Positions 15,906 through 29,640 of a DNA stretch of 64,000 nt are shown here, in pieces (position 1 is the stretch's first letter; the number at the start of each line of letters is the position of its first letter). The position numbers were made by a program, and so were the translations under genes. This DNA is from Lama glama (Eukaryota): assembly GCA_028534125.1 (NCBI GenBank), contig CM052818.1, positions 14,634,001-14,698,000 on the forward strand. Direction: 5' to 3'. Under the pieces are notes generated by a model. The model was given only the letters and a program-made list of their open reading frames with translations, was not told the origin of the DNA and ran no database searches.

Positions 15906-17467
15906 TTTTCAGTGAGCCCGTCATGTTTAGGCAAGAAAGATTTCACCTTTCTAATCAGACTGCTTATTTTCCCTTGGATATTATTTTGGCTTTGGCTTTC
16001 ACACTCTGAAAAGGCATGAATCTCTGGTCCCAGGGGTCTCATTGCTCTGCAGTTTGGATCCTGTGATCCAAACAGAATATTCTTTTACCATAAGCCATCC
16101 TCATTTTCACTTTGCTCTGCTGGTGGATATAGTTACACTTATCTGGACTGCTTTTCCTCGTTTTTGGGGAAGGAACTTATTTTCACGTTTGTTCATAGGT
16201 TAGAAGGAAACTGTTGTTCTATTTGCGGCATCCCTCTCTCTACCCACTTCCGTTGCCCTGGAGAACAGACTTGCTCAGCAGACTGTCAGAAATGGACAAT
16301 GACTGGGACCATTTTCCTGTATGAAAGATCACTATATTAAAGGTCATTGCTCAGGGATGGTTCACACCCTTCCCTTTCGTGTATTTGTCTCCAGGAACTG
16401 GACAAGCCAGACAGGGTCTGTCTCGCTGTCCTGGCCATCTCAGCCCTCTCTGTTCCACCCGCCACTGGATGGGGCCGATTATCGTCCACAATCATGCAGC
16501 TGTTTGGGGAACATACAGAATTCAAGGGCTATAGGAAGGAAGTGGGCTCACTTGGGCTCCCTACTCTAAATCAACATCTGTAATCTAACTTCTACTCGTA
16601 ATCTACTTTCACTCCATTGTTGAATTGGGTCCTTGTCCAGGTGTTGAAATCAGTGCTTAGTTTGTGATTTGGCTATTGTTTCTTGTCTTTATGCTCCTTC
16701 AGCAGAGAATTCCAAAAATAAGACCAAAGCCACTTGCAAAACCAAATCCTTAACACCATTCTCCATCCAGAACAACCTACTTCACAAACCTTTTTAGACA
16801 GCCATTGTAAGCATCTTTTTCTAAAACTGGATCTTTTACAGTATTCGGGTGCACAGCCTATTCCAGTCACCTCCTATTCATCTCGTTGACAAAGGAGAGA
16901 TTTCCTGCCCCAGGGTTACGGGGATGGCTGACCACATGACACCTGACGCTGGACAGGACAGATGAGACTGGCAGCAGTTTACAGTCACATGTGCTGACAG
17001 CCAAGGGGACAGGACAGCACACCACACAGGGCCACGTTGGGGTTGCACTCAAGAACAGAATGAACTACCAGAGGCTGTGGGAGGCAGGTTTGGAGCGTCA
17101 AGAGGATAAGTTCACCCCTGGTTTCCACCGGAGGATGTGATTGGCTTGTTGGAATAATTTTGCAGGCTGGCAGAGAACTGAAACTTGCTCCTCGAGGATA
17201 AGCAGGATGTGTATTTGGTCCCTTGTAAGGACGGTTGTTTGGCTCCAGGACTTTTTTCCTGGGAGCAGACTGGTAAAGAGAACTTGTAGTTATGGGCCAT
17301 TTGAGACCCTCCGATTTCGTTAGCTGTCAGGGCAGCACATAACATCAGGCCTTAATTTCAGACTTATACCACGCAGACCATAGTACCATAACATCATTTG
17401 TTTATTACCTTGGAAGTTTACTCTAGATGTGTGATTGTGAATATCTTATTTCCTATTGAAATGGTAT

Positions 17468-17575
17468 GGGGGGCAGGGTAAGAACTCAGTGGCAGAGGGT
17501 GTTCTTAGCATGCACGAGATCCTGGGTCCAATCTTCTGTACCGCCATTAAAATTTTTTTTTAATAAAAGAAAATT
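17468..17575 (+). mobile_element. Degenerate tRNA-derived SINE (Vic-1-like)
   Basis: GGGGGGCAGGGTAAGAACTCAGTGGCAGAGGGTGTTCTTAGCATGCACGAGATCCTGGGTCCAATC... plus an AT-rich tail; homologous to the other three copies. Confidence 0.75.
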
Positions 17576-19392
17576 AAAACATGAGTGAACTACTCAGGGG
17601 CAACCAGCACTTAAAATCAATGCACATTATGGTTGGGAAAACATAATTTGCATTAAAATGATCTCTTCTGTCACATCTCAAAGTGATATTTTCAAATTTC
17701 ATTATACAAATACCATTTAATATACCCAGGTTTTGTCTTTGGACGTGGTTAATTTTTTTAATGTAACAAAACTTAGTAGTGAAGGATGTGCTAGGTAGCA
17801 TTTAAACCTGTATTAGTAAAGAGTTTGAACTCGTGGCTGGCAGTGACGCCCATGTATACACACACTGCTGAATTAAAGGCATGTGACGTGCCATGGATTG
17901 ACAGCTCTAAACATTGAGAGTTGCCCACATATGCTGACAGTTGAGAAGAGCTAATGGGGTTTTTTCCCCACTCTCTTTTCAAACAATGGGTGAAACAATA
18001 AAATGAATGGGACACTGGCATTCTTTTTAAAAAGAGTTAAGCTACAGCCTAAACACCAGAATGCTGATGTCTCAAATGTATTATTCAGACTGCATATTGT
18101 AGCAGTAATGAGGCCCATTAAGAGCTCTTATTGTTGCCAAATTGACGCAAATTGGTATGAAGGAGGGAATGTAAGGAGGTCATACACAGATTGGAAGAAT
18201 TTACAGTGTATCTCCTCAATTTTCTTTAAAAAAATCTAATATTAAATCTTTCATTCATCTCAATTTAGGTCCATTAAACTAATTTTATTTTCTACTTTAT
18301 TAAAATATTTGTTAAATTTTATGCAACCAGAATGCAAACTCTTTCCCTTTGAGTTATGATATCCAATTAGACAAATGACTGAAAGTTTCAACATTTAACT
18401 GATTTTTATACTGTGAGAGAAATCCATTATGTCTGAGAATGTCTTTTCTCATATTTCTTACAAATAATTCCATTTTGATCCATCACAGTGCAGACAAAAT
18501 ATTATTGTTGTAATGAAACTACTCATTTCACTGTAATGTGAAAATTTAAAACTGATTCCCTTACATTAAAATGAGATTTCCATTGCTAATCTCTTTGTTG
18601 GTATAGAAGTTTCTACCCAGTGATAAATACTACTTTAAAGGATTAAGTGCTAATTCAGTTTTTGTACTATTAGAGTTTCTAAACTTTTCTGGAGACATCA
18701 CCACTTACCAATCCAAATTAGATATTAGGAATTTAATGTACACATTTTAAAAATAGGGTTTTTTTTTCATATTATGAAAAGAAAACATATTCTAGAAAAA
18801 ATTACTGAACATAGAAAAAAAATCAAAATCTCACCAGCTGGAGACAACCACTGTTCAGTTTCAGTTGGCATGGCTCCCTTTTCCCCATCAGTCTAGAGCT
18901 GTGCTATCCAGGATGGTGGCCATTGGCCACACGTAACTTAGCTTCCCTGAGCTTCGTCCTCTGCCTGCCCTTCAGCAAGGTGTGAGGGCGCTGTGTGGAT
19001 TCCCGCTTCCTACTCCTGTGGTCTGGACATCAGCTTCAGGTAGAAAAACGTGGCAATTGTAGGGCTCACTTCACTTGTTTCCCGTTTCTAAGGAATCACG
19101 CTCCTGCACTGCCTGTTGTCCAGTGTCTGAAAACAGTTGTTCCGTGTATTTTGTCCAGCGTTCTGGTTGTTGACCATAGGAGATTAAGTCCGTTGCTTGT
19201 CACTCTATCAGGGATGATCGTGGGAGTTTTTGTCACCTTATTCTATGTCTTTTATAATCAGCATATGCTTGGCTTTTGTGAGGGGTTTTTATAGAGGAGT
19301 TTAACCTATTTTTATGTATAATCATGAATGTGCAGTCTTAACTTCCGTCATCCTAGTCGAAGCCCTTAGGTGGATATTTCTTTTCCTCTGTT

Positions 19393-21390
19393 TTATTCAA
19401 CAAATACTATTGAGCATTCACTGTGACCACGGGTTACTGTAGGTACCACATGTACAGTAGGGTCCAAACCTACTCAAATTCCTGCTTTCATGTAGTTTAC
19501 ACTGGGATGAAAGACAGTGAGTAAAACATGGGAGACTAGTTAGTGATGAGCACCATGGAGAAAGCAAAGGAAGGAAGTAGATAAGGAGTTTGGGGACTGA
19601 GTGTTAGACAACTTAAATAGGTGGCCAGGAAAGGACTCACAGATAAAGGGACATTTACCCCAAGACTGGCAGGGAGTGAGGGAGTGATGTCTGAGGATCT
19701 CTGGGAGGAGAGCATTAAGTCAGAGAAGATAATACGTGGAAAGGCCTGGGCACAGAGGGTATTTGGGGCGTTAAAGGAATAGCAAGGAGTTCTTCGCGGC
19801 TGGAGCAGGACAAGCAAGGTGGAGAATAGTAGGAGATGAGGTCAGCGATACAAGGGGAGGCCAAATGGCACAGGGCCCAGTGGGCCACGGTGACAATTCT
19901 GGCCTTTACTGAGAGTAAAATAGATCGCAATCAGAGAGTTTCAAGCTGAGGAGTGTCATGATCTGATGTCTGTTTTGACAACATCCCTCAATGCTGTGCT
20001 GAGTACAGACTGAAGAAAGGCAAAGGCAGAAGCAGGGAGTTCAATTAGGAGGCTATTACATGGTGACTGGATCAAGGGTGTTGCCTTAGAGTGAGAAGTG
20101 GTTAGATTTGAGCTTATATTTTCAAACTTTTTATTCGGGAAAATATAAACAAACAAAAAGACAGGGAAAGATCTAAGGAACCCCTAGGACCCCCTTTAGT
20201 AGTTGTCAGCTCATGTTTAATCTTGTTTTATCTATACAACTGTCCACTTTCTGGCCCATCCTTCCTCCTACTGGATTATTTTTAAGCAAATTATGGACAG
20301 TTGAAGACAGAGACAACAGGGGAATGAACGACAGAGAAAAGTCGATGGTGACTTTTTTTCGCCCTGAGTGTTTGCCCTAAGCATCTCTAAATGAAGTGTT
20401 ACCACCATCAACAGAGGTATAGACACTGTTGGAGGAGCCATCAGCTGAGGTGGGGGATGTCTGTGGGAAGAGTACATTTGGGACTCAGTTTGGAACATTA
20501 AAATTTGAGATGCCCAATAGAATTCAAATGGAAAATGTCAAGTAGGCTGTTGGTTGTATGAACTTAGATTTGAGAGAATAAGTCTGGATGGGAGATGTAA
20601 ATTTTGGGGTTGTCAACAGGTACATAATATTTCAAATTATGAGATTGGATAATATTGCGAAAGGGATGAGTACAGATTAAGAAGAGAAGACGTCCAGGGC
20701 CTGAGCCCTCACATCCTCCAAAGTCAAGAGATTGAAGAAATGAGGAGGAAACATGAAAGAAGACTGAAAAGGTGTGAATAATGAGGTAAAAGGAAAATCA
20801 AGAGAGTGTGATGTCCAGGAAGCCAAGTTAAAAAAAAAAAAGTGCTGATAGGTTTAAGTAAAGAGGACAGAGAATTGACCAGTGGAGGTAGCAATTCTGA
20901 AATGAAACCGTTAGGGATAATAAGAGGACTGTTGGTAGACAGGAGGGGGAGCAAAAAGCGAGATGGAAAGACTCAAGAATGGAGGGATGGGATTACAGGA
21001 AATGTGGACACATGTTTTGGAGTTTATCTGTAAACAGCAGAGATCTGTGGTGGTAGTTGGAGGAATCAAGAGAGGGAGGAATAAAAGCATGTTTGTAGAC
21101 TGCTGGGAAAGATTCATTCGATAGGAAACAATAGTTGCTGTGGAACGGAGAATGGCAGGAGCAGCATCCTTGAGGGCACGGCATCCAGGTGTCCAGATAG
21201 TTTGTCTGTGGTAATTGGCACAAATGTGGGTAGGTAGGTGCAGTGGCAGCTTGTGGAAGTTCTCTTCTGCTGGAAACAGCAATCAAAGCCAAGGCTAAGT
21301 TAGGAATATGCGTGAAACGGTTCTCTAGGAGGGTGGGGGAGTGAATGGATTAGAGAAACAGAACAGTTGCTGGGCAGCAATTAGGTCCTT
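19393..21390 (-). mobile_element. L2 LINE (about 2 kb, interrupted)
   Basis: Starts with the reverse L2 3' end ttattcaacaaatactattgagcatt. Continues with L2 phrases (ggtggccaggaaaggactcac, aggctattaca, ttggaacattaaaatttgagatgcc, gtgatgtccaggaagccaag). Confidence 0.75.
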
Positions 21391-21886
21391 TTTGAAATAA
21401 ATGCTAGAAGGTTTTTTGTCTATATTAATAATTGATTTTTAGCCAGGCTTTATGTCTGAGCCTCTTTTTAATAGTTTTTGCTTAAAACTTAAGTCATTCC
21501 TAACTGTATAACTTTATACTGTACAGTTTATATGCTATAACTCAAGAAAGTTTTCTTCTATTGCAACTGATTTTTCCTTTTGTTTGAATTTTTCTGGTTT
21601 TTTTCCCCATGAATTTCTATTATTGATTTATTAAAGGGTTAGCCAGATGCATAGGTGCCCTCTTTCCTCTAGATGAATAATTTTCCCTCTCACATTTCCA
21701 TATCTTTTCCTGATGAACTTTTCAGATTTATTCTCTACACCAGTGTTTCCTAAGCCTGGCAGATTGTCAAAATCACCTGGGGACATCTTTAAACATGCAG
21801 TTTCAGGGACAAAACCCATGGAAGAGTTCATTAGGTCTGGGGTGGAACCTAGTAATAAGTCTATTTCAAATGCTTCTGACCACGTA

Positions 21887-21962
21887 GGGGAACGTATAGC
21901 TCAGTGGTAGAGCGCATGCTTAACATATGCAAGATCCTGGGTTCAATCCCCACTACCTCCGT

Positions 21963-21994
<32 letters not shown>

Positions 21995-22026
21995 ATACCA
22001 AATTACCTCCTCCCACCCCCCAAAAA
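21887..22026 (+). mobile_element. tRNA-derived SINE (Vic-1-like) with (TAAA)n tail, nested in a MER5-like hAT element (~21740-22066)
   Basis: GGGGAACGTATAGCTCAGTGGTAGAGCGCATGCTTAACATATGCAAGATCCTGGGTTCAATCCCCACTACCTCC, then (TAAA)n. aaatgcttc is repeated on both sides. The host element has cagtg...cactg termini and an aatcacctgggga core. Confidence 0.85.
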
Positions 22027-24455
22027 ATGCTTCCAAGGTAATAATCAGCTGGGTTTGACAATCACTGCTCTATAATGCTAATGAGATTTGCCAGTTACTA
22101 ATTCTAGAATGGATTACAATTCTCCTGTCCTCTTTTGGGTTTCCTATAGTCTGTCCATAGCTTAGAATGTGAGTATGTGTGTTGTCTGTTCTTCAGAATT
22201 TAATTTTTATATTTCAACTAATTTTCCTTAATCCATATATTTTATTATGTTTTACTATTTTTAAAAATTTTTTTAAATAATTTTTTATTATTGCCAACAG
22301 AGTGTATCCCTCTCAGGTCTAAAGCCTTTGAATGGTTGATCTGCCTTATCCAGGTTTTTGTTGTTGTTTTGCTATGAGATTTCCTGGAGCCTTAATTTAT
22401 ATAATAAAAAAATGAAATACATCATAGATATAGGATGTATAAAATAATTTATAAATAATTATAAAAAGAACATTTATAAAGCTACCTTGCATCAACTTCC
22501 ATGCTTTAAGTAACAGGACTTCCCAACCTCCACTACCTGTTCCTTCTCTTCCCTGTGTGCTGTGATTTCAGAGTTTTATTATCCCCAGTCGTTGGACAGA
22601 GAGTAATAGTTGGGATCAGAGGAGGGAGTGGAGGCATCTACCTACCATATTTGTGTCAAGTACATCCTCTACCTTCCTGCCTATTACCATAGTCAACTGT
22701 CCGGATGCCTAGATGCTGTGTCTCAAGGATGCTGTCCCTGCCATTCTCAGTTCTGCACCATCAATTATTGTTTTCTATTGGATGAATCTTTCCCATTCTT
22801 CTATTGCTACCTTGGAAAATAATACCCGAGGAGAAGGATTTGTTTCACTTTTTTCTGGTTGTTGTAAACACTGCATCTCAGAAATAATGGTACATACCAT
22901 CTAGTCACTTTATGCCAATTTCCTGATTATTGTAGGCAAGTTCTTAATCCAGATTAATCTGCACTGAATTCAGTAGAAGTTCTGCCTTAATGCTTGCAAA
23001 TGACCAAATGACTGACTATGATCCTTGCTCTTTAGAGTTGTTTTGAAACAGCAACTTCATTTCCAATACAATGAACTGCCTGCATTTTCTGTTTCTATGT
23101 CTTCTAGTATTTGTTTAAAAAAAAAAAACTAGAAGAAAAGAAAAAGACACCATATTGGAAACTTGTATCCGCTGCTTCTTGTAGAGTTCATTGTGCCAAC
23201 ATGGAGAATAAAACTAATGAAAAAGTTAGTTTGAGGATGAAAGATGTGTCTTGGACATCCAACCAGACTGTATACTGACCTTTCAGCAGAGGAAAGAGCA
23301 TAAATTGTGCTCTCTAGAAGGGGGAAGACCCCACTTTCTATAGAAAAATCTTCTAATGAGATCACACATAACTAGATGTTTTAATTCTAAAATTTAAAAT
23401 TTTTTCAGACTTGGGTTTTATTCAAAATCACTTGAACCTATTAAGGAAACTTAGCTTTTATGCATAATTCTAAAATTTAGGTTAAAATCTCCAGGATATG
23501 CTTATAAAACACTTTTTAATTAAGCCGCCAATTATGTATTTGTTTCCTTTTGTATATGTTTTATTTTGGTAACATCACAATAGAAACAAAAGACAACAGA
23601 GTATCAATTTCAGAAATATTTTAGTTACCATGGATCTTTATCACAGTCACTATAAAAATAAGAATTTATTTCCAACATTCCAATAGTCACTTGTCACAAA
23701 AATGGAAATGGCTACAGGTAGAGTATACATACCACACTGGCGTGACAAAATTAGTCAAGAGACTAAGCAATGCATTTGACTTTAGCGTGTGTAGAAATTT
23801 AGAAAAGACCCCAGGTACTAAATTCAGTGTCTTTGTTGTTGTTGTTTTGAGGTGGAATTCTTCTCAGTATGTCTTTTGGAGAATCTTAATAAATGAAAGA
23901 GATGAGAATAGGGCTGCTCTGACTGGGGCTTTCAGCCACCCATCTTCCTAACTTCCCTCTGTAGTCTTCTGGTACCACCTCCCGGAAGGTGTCTTTCTTA
24001 CCAGAATCCTATGAGACGTCCCAATGCAGTCCAACTTCTTGAATTTGCAACTGAAGCTACCTGGGCACACAGCTGATGAGTGGGTGGGCGGGGCCCAGAA
24101 TGCAGGTCTTCTGATTACTAGACCAAAATATTCTCTACCACACCATGCTGCCTATTTCCAGTTCCTGAAATTAGTTCCAGATTTGAAAATCTTGTTCTTT
24201 TAACAAGTAGTGAACATTCTTTGATAGCTGTTTTAATGGAGGCCAGGGAGAGCTACTATATGAAAAAATATTTGTGGACTGGGCTCTATACTTCCAAATA
24301 CAAGCTCCTTTTTGGAAGTGGATTGTTGTTTTTTCTATTGTCTCTAAGAATTTAGAGACACGTGCTTCTGAAAAATTCCTTCAGTAGACAAAATTGAAAA
24401 TCTTTTGTTGTGAAAATGGTGACCAGCTTCCAGCAAAGTCACACTAGTGGGTGTT

Positions 24456-24469
24456 GTTGCCATAGCAAC
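24456..24469. promoter_or_regulatory. RFX X-box motif (GTTGCCATAGCAAC)
   Basis: Near-perfect palindromic match to the RFX consensus GTTGCCATGGCAAC, in apparently unique sequence between the ACYP2 3' end and the ciliary gene CIMIP6. Confidence 0.5.
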
Positions 24470-25996
24470 CCGCACCTGTTAGTTCCCCCACCTGTTGGTT
24501 AGTTTGCTCCCTCATGCTTCTCTGCACTTTGTTAACACAGCTTCCCCCCCCCCCCACACACACTTTTCAAGCACAAGCCTTCTTCAGGCTGCAGGGAACT
24601 CCACTGTACTTAGAAATTCCCAGTCTCAGATGAAACTTGAATTGCTTTTTCTCAAGTTTAGGTCCATGGACTTCCAAGTAAAGAACATCTGTTTCTACCA
24701 CACCCCTGTTGCTTCTCTGTGCCCCGCCTGCCACAGGATCTGTCTTGTGCATCTTCCCTCCAGCCTAGAAGATTCTACTGAGCCTTACTTCTTGAGTTGG
24801 CTTTTTTAAAAGCTAGGTATTTTTATGTAACTATGAAAAATAGTTAAATGTTTTTACAAATCATATCCCCCTAATACTGATCTATTCCTTCTTGAGGAGG
24901 GTGTGGGCATGTGGAGTGTTGATATTCCTGGTTGATGGTCACTAAGGTCGATTCCCATCTTTTGCTCAGTTTTTTTTTCTTATGTTTTAAAATGCCTAAT
25001 TCTGGCAAAATTAAAACCTATCAAGGTTTGCTGTTATCTGAAAGATGATACTGAAATTTAAAAGTCCCTATGTTAAGTTCAGTATGAAATTTGACATTCT
25101 AAAGTTATTGTTAAGGTGTGCTGTCTGGTCCCTATAACACATTTTTAAAATTGCTTTACTTTTTTTTCCCTCTTGTTTTCTATCAGTTCATACACACCCT
25201 CTTTTACTCATTACCTACATTTTTCATCCAGTAATAGAACTTGGTTATGTATTCATCATTAAGCAACCTTGACTAATGTGATTCGCTTTGTGCAGTTAGA
25301 AGATAGTGCCAGCACAGTGTGATTTTTAAAATAAAGAGTAGGGAAGGGAACCACCAGAGGAAATCAGGCTAATAAATAGTGACATATTGGTGTCACTTCT
25401 GAGATTATATTTTTCTAAAATCATTTAGCCTTTCTGTGTGTAAAGAGATACAGATTTTATTTTCAACTTGACTGTGTAAGAAATGTCTAAGTCAAAATGA
25501 GCCTGCTTCAAGCCCCAGCTTGTCTGGGAGGTGGGAAGTTAAATCTTTCATCCCTGGTGCTTTGCACCCTCTCTCAGAAGGATCATGTAAAGGAAAATGC
25601 AGAGAGAGCATTTAGGGAAGATCTGGTCTCCTCTCTGTACCAGTTACCAGGACTACCATCCAAGCCACCATGGCCCCTTGGAGTCAGGATGCTTTGCAGC
25701 ACTTTCCGGGAGCTGGAATCATGCGAGGGCTGGGAGTCCCTGGGCCTGGGATCCAGCTTCTCTGGGTAGGCCACAGCTGCTCCTGTCTCAGGTTTGGTCA
25801 TCCCCCAGAGGTGCTGTTGGAGAGAAAGGTGCAGGTCTCCATTTCTTGGGAACTCTGCTGCACTTGGTCCCTTTCCAAAGCCTTGGATAATCTCGTCCCC
25901 TTGGCTCTTGCCACTTCTGCTTCTCTTTCATGCACTTAAGGTCTGGTGTTTGCCTTTCAACTCACAGCATAATGCTCTCTTTAAAATGAAACCTGG

Positions 25997-26100
25997 TGGG
26001 GGTGGGAGTATATAATTCAATGATAGAGCGCTTGCTTAGCATGCATGAGGTCCTGGATTCAATCCCCAGTACCTCCATTAAAAAAATAAAATAAAAATAA
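25997..26100 (+). mobile_element. tRNA-derived SINE (Vic-1-like) with target-site duplication
   Basis: tRNA-like head, A-rich tail, flanking repeats taaaatgaaacctgg (25982-25996) and taaaatgaaaccttgg (26098-26113). Confidence 0.85.
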
Positions 26101-27340
26101 AATGAAACCTTGGAAAGACAGTTGTCTTCAGGGGATCTGGTACCAAAACCCTCCCTGAGGTAAGGGAACTCAGACTTGTCTACCTTCCTTGAACCAGAAG
26201 TGGGGAAATAAAAGGAGAGCAAAATCCAGATGAGTATCACAATATTCTCCTTAACATGGCAATGGTATTGAAACAATGGGAAAGTTCTTTACTCAAGCGT
26301 ATTTGGAGAGTTAAAAAAAAATCTTTGTCATTGTCTAATGTTGTGTTGTCTTTGTGTACATATATTATATATACACATATATATACACACACATACACGT
26401 ATACATACATATATTTGATATCAATATTATCATCAAGTTAACCATTCAAGTGAAAAAAACTCAGCCTATCTCCTTCTCTTACCTCTAAATTTTGCAGCAA
26501 GTAGAAAAGAGAGGCCTGAATTCTTTCTCCATGCCATGGAGTGTAGCAGTAGAGATTTGTTCCATAGATAGAATGGTGGTTTCTAGCCTGTATTTCCAAG
26601 GCATTTGAAATTATTGGACAATTGCAGAGGGAAAGTGAGACCAAGTGTGCAGGGCTCGAGTGACACCCCCCCAGCTTTGTAATCATGCTAGTTGTCCTTT
26701 TCCACTTGCTTTATGTATTAAATTCCACTGAAACTTATTTTAATGGATATATTATAAAATTTTGGAAATCATCGAAGGGATATGTAAGTATTACCTACAA
26801 CATATGAAATTCCTCAGTACTTTGAGTTAAAGGTCTTCCTTTTTCAAGAGTGTAATTCTGTAGTATAGAAATAAACCTTTCCCTTAGAATACTGCTTAAT
26901 TATCATCCAAATGTGAAAATCCTCACATGGTAGGCCAAGTTTGGGGACAGTATGATTTATTTAGACTCTCAGTTACTTTCTGGTTCATAGGACATCCATT
27001 GCAGATGGTTGTCACCATAAACCTTGCTGCTGACTATACTAACACTGTGGCTTCTCTACTCATCTGTTCACTACAGAGAGCAATACTGTTCACAGAAAGC
27101 ATTAACTAGCTCCAACCTAAGTACCAAATCATATTCTCATTTAACCAGAGGTTTAAAATTAACTCTATTGATTTTATGGCTATACGGTTGGTCATCACAT
27201 AGACATTTATATCTAACTACTGGTTATTTTTGTTTGTAATTGTTATTAAACAAATTACTCAACTTTAACAACAAATTATTTTTCAGATTTTAGAATTCAA
27301 TTCAGACAACGGAACCTAAAAATAATTTTAAATGGTTAAC

Positions 27341-27346
27341 TTTATT
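27341..27346 (-). terminator. ACYP2: Candidate ACYP2 polyadenylation signal (AATAAA on minus strand)
   Basis: tttatt at 27341-27346, about 300 nt after the stop codon. It is followed on the minus strand by T/GT-rich sequence (aacaacaaa near 27270 on the plus strand). Confidence 0.4.
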
Positions 27347-27646
27347 ATGTCCAGCCAAATAACATACATGCCATAATATTCATTAGAATTAAAGATTCCA
27401 TGAGACAATATTGTTTAAATTAAATATTCATATTAAATATTTTGTAATGACATTTTAAATTTTAGAATGCTAAGTTTTTGCTTGTTTAAAACACAGTTGA
27501 GTAAAACTCTCTCCGTATCAGACGCTCGTAGTGACATAATGTTACAGCTTTCAGAGCAGAAAGTTCCGTTTTTTAACCTACTCTGCTATTATTTTAGTCT
27601 ATAGACTTAAGAGTACAATGTCTATCATACAGTATAATTTCTCATA

Positions 27647-27761
27647 TTAGTATCGAATACTAAAATTAGAGTATTCAAGTTTAGAGATGCTTTTTTCATT
27701 GGAAAAATTGGTGCGGTCAATACGAGAACTAGGACTTCCAACCTTGCTCAGCCAGGATTTC
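27647..27761 (-). CDS. ACYP2: Last coding exon of acylphosphatase-2 (muscle type)
   Basis: Minus strand reads ttttttcctttgtag|G AAA TCC TGG CTG AGC AAG GTT GGA AGT CCT AGT TCT CGT ATT GAC CGC...CGA TAC TAA, giving (M)[37 protein letters not shown], the ACYP2 C-terminus. Upstream exons were not found in the window, consistent with a very long last intron. Confidence 0.95.
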
Positions 27762-28934
27762 CTACAAAGGAAAAAAATCGAATAAAAATTAGCATTTAAG
27801 TACACGGACGAGTTAAAATGATCCCACGATAGGTAACAATGGGAGTTTACTTTTACTAAGGTAACTTTGCATATAATGTGAAATATATATGTGTCTCTAC
27901 AGTGTAAAAATTTTTATATCAGAATACCAGGAGTTTAACATAAAATTAAATGTAAACAAAGGAAAGCTAGTAACAAACTAAGCATAGTCAATTTCTGATA
28001 ATTTCATATTGGGGTTATTTCCCTCCTCTTAAAACATCCAAGGCCGTTATTACCTCGTTCTTGTATGCAGAAGGATAAAAATATTTTTACAAAGCAGTAA
28101 GTAATAAAAACAATTCACTGTGGGTTTTTTCCTTACCCAGCACATGGCAGATGTTTTATACTTTTATGTGCAGAATGAGAGAGAAGGAATAAAGAATAAA
28201 TATGATTTTTTCCCACCATAAACATTAAAATAAAATTAGATTAACCTTTTTTCTTACCTATTCAAAAACCATTTCTTAGCACATATATTAGCAAAGCAAT
28301 TGCATTAAAGGGACAAATTTAATGTTCTGATACTTTTTCTGCTTATACAGTGCAATGGTTTTTCTTACTGTATTAGTGTTCTCCATGTGTCTAATTTATA
28401 CTTTTGGGTACTGACCTGAGATGCTTCATATATAATTCAAGATTATTGTAATATTGCTGATACCTCAGATACTGTTATGGATTTTCTAAAATCTTTCTAC
28501 TGAAAGATTTTTATTTACTTTACAAACAGTAGTTTGTTTTAACCCCTTTCTTAGTTCTTATTTGTAACAGTTTTCCCAGGTAAATTTTCACTTTTCTTTT
28601 TCAGAAGCTAAGCCGTCAGTCCAGTAACACAATTTCTTCACTCTTTCAGTTGAAACCTTAAAAATAAAAAATTTCATGTGTTGAAGAATAAAGTTACTAT
28701 AAAATGGGCTGATGGCTTTAGTTTTATCAGTCAAATCTCTTTGACACCTTCTAGAAAAGAAAAGGCCAGAAATAATAAAAGCTAACATTTATGGAGCACT
28801 ACCTGTTGGCTCAGCACTGTGCTAAATTCTTCACATATCCTATTTCCTTTAACCCACACATTAACCCTGTAAGCTATAGTCCACTATTCCTCCCAGGATA
28901 TTGATGAGGAAAGAGACACAGAAGAGATAAAAAC

Positions 28935-29640
28935 TTGCCCAGGGTGGTAGCAGTGGTGGTGGTGACAAGTGATCACACTCTGGATGTATTTTGAAGGTAC
29001 GGACAATAGATTTGCTGACAGATTGGATATGGGTGAGAGGACAGAAGGATGACACCAGGGTTACTGGTTTGAAAAACTAGTAGGATGGGATTGTCACTGA
29101 AAGGGAAAGACTATGAGAAGAGCAGATTAGAGGGAAAGATCAGTTTAGTCTGGGAATGTTAAATTTGACATATCTATTAAACATCTAAATGAGACGTTGA
29201 GTAGGTGGTTGGATTTATAAATCTGGCTGGAGAGAGAAAATCTGGACTTTGTCTGCAGATAGGTAGTATTGAAAGCCAATAAGATTGGAATCACCAAGAA
29301 CATGAACATAGATGGAAAAGGACAGTGGTCCAAAGACTGCACCTTAAGGCACCCCAGTGTTAAGAGCTCAGGAAGTAGAAGTCAGCAAATGAGAAGAAAG
29401 CATGCAGTGAGGTGGGAGAAAACTCATGTCCTGGGAGTCAAATGAAGCCCCTGGGAACAGAGGCAGATCAACCGGGGCAATGCTGCTGGCACGTCAAGTA
29501 AGGTGAGGACTGAGAAGTGACCACTGCATTTAGCAACACAGAGGTTAGTGACCCTGACAAGAGCAGTGTTGGTAGAGTGAAAGTCATGTTTGAACGGGCT
29601 CAAGAGAGAATGGGAGGAACTGGAACCAGTGAATTTAGGA
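28935..29640 (-). mobile_element. L2 fragment
   Basis: tctggatgtattttgaaggta, ggatttgctgacagattggat, gttaaatttgacatatctattaaacatctaaatgagac, aggtgaggactgagaagtgaccactgcatttagcaaca. Confidence 0.75.
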
